Assembly: GCA_965215605.1 (NCBI GenBank)
Contig: OZ244070.1
Coordinates: forward strand, 736,001-800,000
Reading direction: 5' to 3'
DNA from: an uncultured Candidatus Binatia bacterium
GTDB taxonomy: Bacteria; Desulfobacterota; Binatia; UBA9968; JAJDTQ01
Length of the DNA stretch: 64,000 nucleotides
Part shown: piece by piece, positions 10,841 to 19,439 of the stretch
Numbering within the stretch: the first letter of the stretch is position 1
Layout of the letters: the number at the start of each line of letters is the position of its first letter
Made by a program: the position numbers and the translations under genes
The notes under the pieces: model-generated
What the model saw: only the letters and a program-made list of their open reading frames with translations
The model's database searches: none
Told to the model about the DNA's origin: nothing

Positions 10841-12139
10841 ATGCAGAAATCCGCTAGACCCAGGCTGTTCTACGGCTGGTACATCGTCGGCACCGGCTTC
10901 GTGGTGCAGCTCGCCTGCCCCTTCTACCTTTCCAGCACCCTCGGGGTGCTGATGAAGTCCATCACCGCCGATTTCGGCGTTTCCCGCGGAACGTTCTCGC
11001 TCATGCGCGCCATGGAACTGGTGAGCTACGCCGGCGTGGCGCCGTGGATCGGCTCCCTGCTGGACCGCTACGGCGCGCGCTGGCTCATGGTCATCGGCGC
11101 GGCCATCTCCATCGCCGGCTTCCTGCTGCTGGGATACGCCCGCAACTTCTGGGAATTCACGTTGATACGGGTGGGGCCGGTATCCATCGGCCACGCCCTG
11201 GTGTGCTACTTCGTGGTCAACGTCACCATCTCCCGCTGGTTCGTGAAGAAGCGCGGCCGGGCCGTGGCCATAGCGCACCTGGGACAGGGCATCTCCAAGA
11301 CCGCCATCGCCCTGGTCGCGGCGGTGCTCCTCACCGCCATCGGCTGGCGTTACGTGTGGATCCTGTTCGGGGGCTTGGTGATCTTTCTCATCCTGATCCC
11401 GGCGGCGGTGTGGATGCGGCGGAGCCCGGAGGACCTCGGGCTGCACCCCGACGGCGCCCCCGAACCCTACGGGTCCCGTGACGAGACCTCCGCGGACCGG
11501 CCCGGCGGCCATCGGGCGTCCGCCGACGTGAGCTGGACCCGGCGGGAAGCCATGAGCACGTCCACCTTCTGGCTCATCACCTTCATCTTCAGCACCGTCG
11601 ACATGGGGGTGGCGGGCTTCAACCTCCACCTGGTCCCGTTCATATCCGACATGGGCTACTCTGCGGTATGGGCCGGCTCGGTGCAGACGGTCAGCGCCGC
11701 GACCCAACTCGGCTCGGGCCTTCTGTGGGGATTCGCGGGGGAACGGGTCAGCGTCCGCAAGGCCACTGCGTTGATGTTCGTCATACAAGCCTCGGGGCTC
11801 GTCCTCGCCATCCAGACAACCGAGTTGCGCTGGCTCTATGTAGCCTTCTTCCTCTACGGGGCCGGCCTGGGCGGCGCGCAGGTCCTCCAGGAGGTCATGT
11901 GGGCCAACTACTTCGGCCGCATATCCCTCGGCACGGTGCGGAGTCTCAGCGTGCCGATCCTCCTGCTCTGCGCCGCCACCGGCGGCCTCGCCTTCGGCTA
12001 CCCCTACGACTACACCGGCAGCTACGACCTGTCCCTGACCCTCTTCATCGCCGTGCAGGTCCTGTGCGCGGGAGTCACGCTGCTCATCCGGCGGCCGGTG
12101 AAAACCGCGCCGCTTGCGGCCGGCAGCGCCCTCCGCTGA
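10841..12139 (+). CDS. MFS transporter (OFA-like), paralog 4
   Basis: FYGWYIVG, LDRYGAR, WFVKKRGRA and WANYFGRISLG. Confidence 0.9.
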   Translation: MQKSARPRLFYGWYIVGTGFVVQLACPFYLSSTLGVLMKSITADFGVSRGTFSLMRAMELVSYAGVAPWIGSLLDRYGARWLMVIGAAISIAGFLLLGYARNFWEFTLIRVGPVSIGHALVCYFVVNVTISRWFVKKRGRAVAIAHLGQGISKTAIALVAAVLLTAIGWRYVWILFGGLVIFLILIPAAVWMRRSPEDLGLHPDGAPEPYGSRDETSADRPGGHRASADVSWTRREAMSTSTFWLITFIFSTVDMGVAGFNLHLVPFISDMGYSAVWAGSVQTVSAATQLGSGLLWGFAGERVSVRKATALMFVIQASGLVLAIQTTELRWLYVAFFLYGAGLGGAQVLQEVMWANYFGRISLGTVRSLSVPILLLCAATGGLAFGYPYDYTGSYDLSLTLFIAVQVLCAGVTLLIRRPVKTAPLAAGSALR

Positions 12140-12276
12140 CGGCTCCGCGTCCCACCCAGAAATATCAGCCTCCGGGTCCGACCATCCCTTAAGTCCGCTC
12201 CGAAACGGACGACTTAATTTATATAGGCGCCTACATCGGTTCGAGGACTTGAACTCAAGCAAGGAGGACTACCAAA

Positions 12277-12948
12277 ATGCAGATTCTGGACTTTTTCACC
12301 CAAAATGATTCTATCGTGACATCATGGATACTGGACCCGGACGGCGACGATCTCGACCTGGAGATCCACGGGTGCGGTTGTGGATGCGGGTGCGGTTGTG
12401 GATGTGGCTGCGGATGCGGCTGTGGATGCGGGTGCGGGTGCGGATGTTCCTGCTCGTGCGACAACACGGGTGCCAACGAAGAAGACAGCGATGACTACAG
12501 TGCGCCGGAAAGCAACTATGCCGACAGCGAAGACTTCTCCGGACCGGAGTACGCGCTTGAGGACACGCCGGCTCCAGCAGATACCACCGCTTCTACGGAC
12601 GATGCATCATCTGTCATTTCAGGTTGTATCTCCTCGGCGGCAACGTCATCATTGGGGTTGGACCCTGTAGCCGAACTGACGGGCGAACACTACGATCCCA
12701 ACGTGGACGAGGATTTTATCACCACAGGAACGCGTGGTCTTGGAGACATGATGTCGCCTCCCACCAACATTCCGGCCGTAATAGAGACGATTGGAGCTGC
12801 CCTAGGCGATCCGGATTGTCAAGCGACGATTGGTAATGCTGTCGACGCCGCCATTGACGGGTTCACTGACGTCCTGAGCGAAGTCGATCAACAGCTCAAG
12901 GCGGCCGATGAGTCCATACAGAATGCGGCCGGCTCGCTGCGTAACTGA
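12277..12948 (+). CDS. hypothetical protein with (Gly-Cys)13(Ser-Cys)2 tract, acidic linker and helical C-terminus
   Basis: Strong AAGGAGG RBS before the ATG; 223-aa ORF; repeat encoded by mixed synonymous codons. Confidence 0.8.
   Translation: MQILDFFTQNDSIVTSWILDPDGDDLDLEIHGCGCGCGCGCGCGCGCGCGCGCGCGCSCSCDNTGANEEDSDDYSAPESNYADSEDFSGPEYALEDTPAPADTTASTDDASSVISGCISSAATSSLGLDPVAELTGEHYDPNVDEDFITTGTRGLGDMMSPPTNIPAVIETIGAALGDPDCQATIGNAVDAAIDGFTDVLSEVDQQLKAADESIQNAAGSLRN
12370..12459 (+). repeat. degenerate 6-bp coding repeat (GGN-TGY)x13 then (TCN-TGC)x2
   Basis: ggg tgc ggt tgt gga tgc ... tcc tgc tcg tgc read directly from the sequence. Confidence 0.95.
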
Positions 12949-13056
12949 GGTGACCTCGTAACATCGCATAATCCGAGAGTTTGCGTCCCTCCCGCGGGGG
13001 ATGCAAACCCTTCGGGTTCGACCGGATTCTCCGAGAAGCAGAGGGTTGGAGACACC

Positions 13057-14124
13057 ATGACAAAACACTCTTGCGTGAAACATTCGGCATCCGTCACCCT
13101 GGCGTTGTCTCTGCTCTGGATCGTCTTGGCCATCAACCCTTCCGCTGGTCAAACGACGCCAACCAAAGGCACACCGCTCCACCTATGTCTCGACACCCAC
13201 AGGGACTGGAGCGCACGGGTTGACGCATGCCGTGCAGCCGCTGAGCAAGGGCACTCGGAAGCCCGGTACCATCTCGGCGTCATGCACTTCAAGGGGCGCG
13301 GTGTACCGCGCGATGCCGGCCAGGCGAGGTATTGGTACCGACTTGCCGCCGATCAACGACACCCGAAAGCCCAGTACAATCTCGGAACCATGTACGCTTT
13401 GGGCCAAGGCATTCCCAAGGACCTCGAAGCAGCGTTGCGCTGGTACCGCTCGGCCGCCGAACAGGGAAACCTGGCGGCACAGTACAACCTGGGGACGATG
13501 TATTTTCGCGGACACGGGACACAAACGGACCACGCCGAAGCGCTACGCTGGTACCGCTCGGCCGCCGAACAAGGATTTGCCTTGGCGCAGACCCAACTGG
13601 GGACAATGTACCACTCCGGGAACGGAGTACCCCAGGACTACGCTACGGCGTTGCGCTGGTACCGCTCGGCCGCCGAACAAGGAGACCCGCGCGCCCAATA
13701 CAACCTTGCGACGATGTATGACAAGGCACACGGAGTGGCCCAAGACTACACGAAGGCAATGCACTGGTTCCGGTTGGCGGCCGAGCACCGGCACGCAGGC
13801 GCACAGTACAACCTCGGTGTGATGCACTCAAAGGGCCACGGCGTACCCGTGGATTATGTCAAGGCCGCTCAATGGTACCGTAAGGCCGCTGAAGGCGGAT
13901 TCGCCCTGGCACAGTTCCAACTGAGTCTCATGTACATTCAAGGACACGGGGTTGGTCGAGATCTCGTACTCGCGTACATGTGGCTCGACTTGGCAGCCAC
14001 CGATAACACCCAGCCATGGACGGTCGCGCGTGATAAATTGGGAGAAACAATGGCACTCGAGCAGGTAGCAAAAGCACGGCAATTGGCACGCGCATGGTCG
14101 GAGAAACTTCGGCAGAGCAAGTAG
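13057..14124 (+). CDS. secreted Sel1-like repeat (SLR/TPR) protein, 7 repeats
   Basis: Seven 36-aa AQYNLGxMYxxGxGVxxDxxxAxxWYRxAAEQG units; N-terminal hydrophobic signal-like segment. Confidence 0.93.
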   Translation: MTKHSCVKHSASVTLALSLLWIVLAINPSAGQTTPTKGTPLHLCLDTHRDWSARVDACRAAAEQGHSEARYHLGVMHFKGRGVPRDAGQARYWYRLAADQRHPKAQYNLGTMYALGQGIPKDLEAALRWYRSAAEQGNLAAQYNLGTMYFRGHGTQTDHAEALRWYRSAAEQGFALAQTQLGTMYHSGNGVPQDYATALRWYRSAAEQGDPRAQYNLATMYDKAHGVAQDYTKAMHWFRLAAEHRHAGAQYNLGVMHSKGHGVPVDYVKAAQWYRKAAEGGFALAQFQLSLMYIQGHGVGRDLVLAYMWLDLAATDNTQPWTVARDKLGETMALEQVAKARQLARAWSEKLRQSK

Positions 14125-14216
14125 TCTGTCAGGATTGACGGACGATCCGCGGGCATTGGCATCACCGGCTTGACCCTTCTCGTCACCAGCCGGTGGTGCA
14201 CCCGCTGTTCCCTACC

Positions 14217-15290
14217 CTACGGCGAGTAGGTCTTCCCCTTGCGGTCGGTGACGAACAGCTCGGAGGGCAGCTCCGTGCCGATGCCCTTCTTGCGGGCGGC
14301 CTCGTAAAGGATCCGGGCGGTGGCGGCGAACTGGATGCCCATGCCGGTGTTGTTCTTGAAGACGACGATCTCGTCGTCGCTCTCGCGGCCGCGGCACTGG
14401 CCGGTGAGGAGCTCGCCCAGCTCGTGCAGGTCCTCCTCCTTGATGAGGCCGCGCTCGATGCGGGGGAACAGCTCCGCCTGCCTGTCGAGAAAGACCTGTC
14501 TGCGGAAACCCACCACGATCAGGCCGGCGCGCTCGATGACGGCGTCGTCCAGCTCGTGGCGGGACAGGTAGCTGTCGCCGCCCACGATGCTGTTAACGAA
14601 CGCCCCCTTCTCGAGCCACTCGCCCTTGATGACCGGGTCCACGGTGTTGGTGGCGGCGGTGACGATGTCGCTGCCGCGCACCGCCTCTTCCGCGGAATGC
14701 ACCGGCACGATCTCCACCCCGGCCTTCTCGGTCATCTCCTCCGCGAACCGCTCGCGGTTGGCGCGGGTGGGGCTGAACACCTTGACCGTGTCGAGCTGCC
14801 GCACGGCGCAGGCCGCCAGAAGCTGCGTCTTTGCCTGCTCTCCAGAACCCACCAACCCCATCACCCGGGCGTCCTCCCGCGCCATGTGCTTGGCCGCTAC
14901 CCCGCTGGTGGCGCCGACCCGGAAAATGGAGATGAAGTGGTCGTCCATGATGGACAGGAGCGAGCAGTCCTCCATGTCGAACAGGAACACGAGGCCGACG
15001 TAGTCGCCGGGGTAGATCCGCCGCTTGGTGCCCGCCACCTCCTCTTCGTCGGAGAAGGTCGAGTCGATGCGGAGCCCCATGGACTTCATCCCCGGCACCA
15101 GCCCCATGATGTTGTTGAAGTAGTACTGGAAACCGGGCTTCTTCCCCGGCGCCTGCACCCGGAGCCGGGCGCGGGGCGAGTTCACCGCGCTGCCCTCGCC
15201 CATCTCCCGATAGGCCTGCTCGATGGCGTCGATCTCGTCCGCCATGGGGACCAGATCTTCCAGTTGTTCATTCTTGAGGACCAGAACCAT
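14217..15290 (-). CDS. ornithine cyclodeaminase / mu-crystallin family protein
   Basis: NSPRARL, RVGATSGVAAKHMAR, GLVGSGEQA, DIVTAATN and FKNNTGMGIQFAA. Confidence 0.88.
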   Translation of the reverse strand: MVLVLKNEQLEDLVPMADEIDAIEQAYREMGEGSAVNSPRARLRVQAPGKKPGFQYYFNNIMGLVPGMKSMGLRIDSTFSDEEEVAGTKRRIYPGDYVGLVFLFDMEDCSLLSIMDDHFISIFRVGATSGVAAKHMAREDARVMGLVGSGEQAKTQLLAACAVRQLDTVKVFSPTRANRERFAEEMTEKAGVEIVPVHSAEEAVRGSDIVTAATNTVDPVIKGEWLEKGAFVNSIVGGDSYLSRHELDDAVIERAGLIVVGFRRQVFLDRQAELFPRIERGLIKEEDLHELGELLTGQCRGRESDDEIVVFKNNTGMGIQFAATARILYEAARKKGIGTELPSELFVTDRKGKTYSP

Positions 15291-15337
15291 TCGTCTCCTC
15301 CGGGAAAGTCTCGGCGGAACCATTCCCGCCTCTCTCT

Positions 15338-15433
15338 GTCATTCCCGTGGGGGCGGGAATCCAGGGGTGGCCACGGGGCGGCCTGCGTCTAGTGTCCGCC
15401 CCCCGCCTGGATTCCCGCCTTCGCGGGAATGAC
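15338..15433. repeat. palindromic MITE/RPE-like element, copy A
   Basis: GTCATTCCCGTGGGGGCGGGAATCCA...TGGATTCCCGCCTTCGCGGGAATGAC terminal inverted repeats. Confidence 0.85.
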
Positions 15434-17845
15434 GGTTGTTGGGAAGTCAGCGTCATCGGCCGGGCGTACGCGGCACAGGAACGACCGGTGCGGCAGCGAG
15501 CCGCTGATGGGGTCGCGGTACTCCGAGTCCACCAGCCCGTTGGGATTGGCTCCGAGCCCGGAGAAGGGATCGTGGCCCGGAAGCTCCAGCTCCGGGCAGG
15601 GCTGCCACCAGCCGTGTTGCGCGCAGACCACGCCGGGGATGATCCGGGTGGTGAGGTTCGCCCGCACCTTGACGGCACCCTTCGGGCTTTCCACGACCAT
15701 CCATTGCTTGTGCTCGATGCCGTGCTCGCCGGCCGTATCCGGATGAAGCTCCGCGGAGGGCTCCGGCGCCGCCTTGCGGAGACTGGGAAGAGCCCGGTGC
15801 TGGCTGTGGATGAAGGTCGTGAACTTGGCGTTGGTGAGGACCAGGGGATACTCCGCGGCAAGGTCCGGCCGGCTCGTGGGACTCAGGGCCGGCTCCTCGT
15901 ATTCCGGAAGCGCCGGGAACCCGTGCTCGGCCAACCGGTGCGAGTAGATCTCCACCTTGCCGGACGGATTGTTGAAGCCCTTCCGCCGGCCTTCGTCGTC
16001 GGTGTCCGCGTATTTGCGGTAGCGCCGGGGGCTCTCCAGGGTCACCCCGCCCGGGTGCGCCTTGATCTCGTCCAACGTCATTCCTGTGGGTTCCAACTGG
16101 TGAGCATAGGCCGCCTCCACGTCGCCGTCCCAGAAATCGTCGCCGAAGCCCATGCGCCTGGCCAGCTCGAACACCACCCAGGTGTCCGAGCGCCGCTCCG
16201 CCAGCGGCTCCACCGCCCGGCGCCGGTACTGGACGTGGGTTCGGGCATCCACCCGGTGGCGGAACCCGCCGCAGAGGTGGCCCATCTCCAGGAAGCTCGT
16301 GGCGGGCAGCACGTAGTCGCAGAGCTGGGCCGTGGGGGTCATGAACAGCTCGGTGGCCACCCCAAGCTCCAGGGCACACAGCGCCTCGCGCCCGCGTCCC
16401 GGGTCGCCGTTGGAGATAACCGTGTTGGAGCCCAGGTTGATCAGGGCACGGACCGGATACGGACGGTCCTCCAGGATGGCGCCGTAGACGTCGTGGGCCG
16501 CCACCGCGCCCGCGGTCGCCGGCGGGCCCAGCGGCTTCTCGTCGAGGCCGATGCGCCTGGCGGCCGCCTCGGCGGGGAGGAACTCCTTGCCGTCCACCCC
16601 GCGAAACGGTGCCATGGGCAGCATCAGGTTGCCCCCCGGCGCGTCGATGTCCCCCAATAGCGCGTACAGGATGGATATGGCCCGGCTGGTCTGGCTCGCG
16701 TTGGTGTGCTGGCCGACGCCGTTCCACATGAACATGCTCACCGGGCGGTTGTCGCTGAGGACACGCGCCGCTTCGCGGACCTGAGCCGCAGGGACGCGGG
16801 TGACGCCCTCGGACCGTTCCGGCGCGTGGGACGCGGCCAGCCGGGCCAGGGCGGCGAACGCCGGCTCGCACGATAACGCCCCGCCGTCCCCGTCCGGTAC
16901 GCCGAGCTTCCCGAGCAGCGCCGGGCGCACGCCGTCTTCGATGCAGGCCCGGGCGCCCGGATCGTAGGCCGCCGCCCGCTCCGCCGCTTCGTCCCACACC
17001 ATATAGCGGTCCGGACTGCCTCCCTCCGCCACGTCCGCCTCGGTCAACGGCTCTCCGGTGTCCGTTCGCAGGAGGAACGGCCCGTTGGTCCAGTCGCGCA
17101 CGAAGTCCTCGTCGTAGCGTCCTTCTTCGATCATCACGTGGATGATGGCCAGGGCCAGCGCGCCGTCGGCGCCCGGGCGCACCTGGAGCAGCACGTCGGC
17201 CTGACTGCCGAGGCCGACCTTTCGCGGGTCCACAACCACGACCTTCATGCCGCGCTTGCGCGCCGTGACGACGTCCTGGGCCAGCATCAACTGGGTGGAG
17301 CTCGGGTTGTGGCCCCACAGGAGGAAGGCGCCGCTGTGGAGCACGTCCGGGGACGGCTGCGGCACGCCGAAGGTGTAGCTGAACATCGTGTCCCGGTGCC
17401 AGTTGCAGACGTGGGTCGTGGACACCGAGTTCGGGCTGCCGATGCGGTTCAGCAGGCGCGACGACCACCCGTTGACATCGTCCGTCGAGGTGCCGCTGGC
17501 GGTTCCCCGGGCCATGGCGATGGCCTCGGCGCCGTAGCGCTCCCGGATGCCGAGCAGGCGCGCGGCGATGTCGTCCAGCGCCTCGTCCCAGCCCACCCGT
17601 TCCCAGCCCGGATCCTGGGCGCCCTTGGGGTTCGTGCGCCGCAACGGATGGTCCAGACGCTCGCGGTTGTAGACCAGCTCCGGGGCCGCCTTGCCCTTGA
17701 CGCAGATGGCGCCGCCGTTGGGGTGGTCGTGGTCCGCGTCCAGCCGGGTCACCCGCCCGTCTTCCACCGTGGCCACGGTGGCGCAGTGGGCGGTACACAG
17801 CACGCAGTAGCCCCGCACCTTCTCTATCCGAGGTTCCGTCATCAT
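15389..17845 (-). CDS. molybdopterin (Mo/W-bisPGD) oxidoreductase, DMSO reductase superfamily, with N-terminal 4Fe-4S cluster
   Basis: CVLCTAHC...ICVKG, RLDHPLRR, LWGHNP, VVDPR, DYVLPAT, PSGKVEI and HSQHR; no Tat signal seen. Confidence 0.9.
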   Translation of the reverse strand: MMTEPRIEKVRGYCVLCTAHCATVATVEDGRVTRLDADHDHPNGGAICVKGKAAPELVYNRERLDHPLRRTNPKGAQDPGWERVGWDEALDDIAARLLGIRERYGAEAIAMARGTASGTSTDDVNGWSSRLLNRIGSPNSVSTTHVCNWHRDTMFSYTFGVPQPSPDVLHSGAFLLWGHNPSSTQLMLAQDVVTARKRGMKVVVVDPRKVGLGSQADVLLQVRPGADGALALAIIHVMIEEGRYDEDFVRDWTNGPFLLRTDTGEPLTEADVAEGGSPDRYMVWDEAAERAAAYDPGARACIEDGVRPALLGKLGVPDGDGGALSCEPAFAALARLAASHAPERSEGVTRVPAAQVREAARVLSDNRPVSMFMWNGVGQHTNASQTSRAISILYALLGDIDAPGGNLMLPMAPFRGVDGKEFLPAEAAARRIGLDEKPLGPPATAGAVAAHDVYGAILEDRPYPVRALINLGSNTVISNGDPGRGREALCALELGVATELFMTPTAQLCDYVLPATSFLEMGHLCGGFRHRVDARTHVQYRRRAVEPLAERRSDTWVVFELARRMGFGDDFWDGDVEAAYAHQLEPTGMTLDEIKAHPGGVTLESPRRYRKYADTDDEGRRKGFNNPSGKVEIYSHRLAEHGFPALPEYEEPALSPTSRPDLAAEYPLVLTNAKFTTFIHSQHRALPSLRKAAPEPSAELHPDTAGEHGIEHKQWMVVESPKGAVKVRANLTTRIIPGVVCAQHGWWQPCPELELPGHDPFSGLGANPNGLVDSEYRDPISGSLPHRSFLCRVRPADDADFPTTVIPAKAGIQAGGGH

Positions 17846-17883
17846 GCTGATAGTCCGTGGTTCGCGGCCGTCGGGGCGGCCCG

Positions 17884-19362
17884 TCAATCGTCGCGGTTGG
17901 GCACCCCCACGAAGCCGTCGCCGCAGCCCGCCTCCTGGGCCGCCCAGCCGCCGGCCACGCGGCCGCTGAAGATGGACGGCCCAAGCATCGTCCCCTCGAG
18001 GCCCGCGCGGCCGTTGATGTGTCCGCCGGCCATGCCGGCCACCTCGCCCGCGGCGTAGAGGCCGGGGATCGGCTCGAAGTGCTTGTTCAACGCCCGGCAG
18101 CGTATGTCCGTCTTCACCCCGCCGAAGTTCTTGCGCGCCAGCGGAAAGATCTGGATGGCGTAGTAGGGCGGCGTGTCGAACTTCCTGGAAAGCTTGAGCG
18201 GCTTGCCGAACTCGGGCTCCTTTTCAAGTCCCTGCTCGCACGCCTGGTTGTAGCGTTCCACGGTTTCGAGAAAGGCCGGCACGTCCACCTCCGTGAGCCG
18301 GCCCAACTCCTCCAGGGAGTCCGCCTTCTTGATGAACGGGGAGTTGTCCAGCAGCTCCTGGACCTTGTCCCGGTCCACCTTTTCGCCGGCCCGGTAATAG
18401 GGGTCGGCGATCTCCAGCTTGGCGGTCATGGGCGTGTCCACCACGGCCCAGGCGTGGCGCGGGTTTTGGGCCATCAGCGCCGGCGAAGCGGAGTTGCCGC
18501 CCGACAGCGCCTCGTTGTGAAACCGCACGCCCTGCTGGTTGATCCAGATGTAGCCCGGGGCCTGGCGGAAGACCAGGCCGCGTCGCTGATTGGGGTCGCG
18601 ATAGTCCGGCGTGGCGTAGACGTAGAACCAGATGTGGTCCATGTGGGTCAGGTAGCCGCCGGCCTGTCTCACCAGCCGGTGGCCGGTTCCGGTGGAGCCG
18701 CGGCCGGAGCCCTCCATGACCTTTTCGCCCTTGAGGGCGGGGTTGGCCTCCAGCACCATGTCGAGGTTGGAGTTGAACCCGCCCGTGGCCACCACCACCA
18801 CCCGGCTGTCCACCTCCACGGCTTCGCCGGTGCCTGCGTCCTTGCCCAGGAGGCCGGTGACCCGGCCGTTCTCGCGCTTGAGCTCGGTAATCTCGGTATT
18901 GGACACGATCTCGCCGCCGCGCTCCCGGAACGCCGAGATGAGATGCGTCATCAGGCCAAGCCCGCTGTTCTGGGCCCGGGTCCAGCGCAGCACCGTGTTG
19001 CCCTCCTGCTGCTTCATGTCCACCCACTGGACGCCCATGCGCTCAGCCCAGAAGTAGAGGTCGTGGAGCGAATGCTCGATGTAGTAGCGCGCCCAGACCT
19101 CGTCCACCGAAGGACCGCCCCACCTGATCCAGTCGTTGAAGGCCAGGTCCGGCGTGTCGATGATGCCGTTGGCCTTCTGGATCGGCGTGCCCACGATGAG
19201 GCAGCCGCCGCCGGAGATGATGGCGGCGCCGCCCAGATCCGGCGCCTTCTCGAAGGCAATGGCGTTTGCGCCGGCGTCACGGGCCTCGATGCCCGCGGCC
19301 ATTCCCGCCCCGCCGGAGCCGACGATGGCGATGTCGGTGGTGTAATGCTTGACCTGCGACAT
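17884..19362 (-). CDS. FAD-dependent oxidoreductase (FAD_binding_2; flavocytochrome c / fumarate reductase flavoprotein-like)
   Basis: IVGSGGAGMAAG, GGAAIISGG, VVVATGGF, NFGGVKTD and IPGLYAAGE. Confidence 0.88.
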   Translation of the reverse strand: MSQVKHYTTDIAIVGSGGAGMAAGIEARDAGANAIAFEKAPDLGGAAIISGGGCLIVGTPIQKANGIIDTPDLAFNDWIRWGGPSVDEVWARYYIEHSLHDLYFWAERMGVQWVDMKQQEGNTVLRWTRAQNSGLGLMTHLISAFRERGGEIVSNTEITELKRENGRVTGLLGKDAGTGEAVEVDSRVVVVATGGFNSNLDMVLEANPALKGEKVMEGSGRGSTGTGHRLVRQAGGYLTHMDHIWFYVYATPDYRDPNQRRGLVFRQAPGYIWINQQGVRFHNEALSGGNSASPALMAQNPRHAWAVVDTPMTAKLEIADPYYRAGEKVDRDKVQELLDNSPFIKKADSLEELGRLTEVDVPAFLETVERYNQACEQGLEKEPEFGKPLKLSRKFDTPPYYAIQIFPLARKNFGGVKTDIRCRALNKHFEPIPGLYAAGEVAGMAGGHINGRAGLEGTMLGPSIFSGRVAGGWAAQEAGCGDGFVGVPNRDD

Positions 19363-19439
19363 GTTGCTTGAACCCCCTGGAACGCGATTCGGGATAACCT
19401 ACTCCCTAGCGCGGCGGGGGGTCAAGCCGGGCAGGAGCA

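Noticed and set aside
12370-12459. Microsatellite / phase-variation tract
   Set aside because: Units differ at third codon positions, so it is not a perfect slippage-prone repeat.
12255-12476. Antisense ORF with a His-Pro/Gln-Pro repeat (HPHPHPQPHP), superficially metal-binding
   Set aside because: Shadow of the Gly-Cys tract: the variation is synonymous on the + strand but changes H/Q on the - strand, and the + gene has the strong RBS.
13430-13685. Repeated CGCTGGTACCGCTCGGCCGCCGAACA at 108-bp spacing
   Set aside because: Explained by Sel1 coding repeats (36 aa).
15389-17845. Calling the Mo enzyme formate dehydrogenase, nitrate reductase or acetylene hydratase
   Set aside because: Diagnostic residues and partner subunits are not seen.
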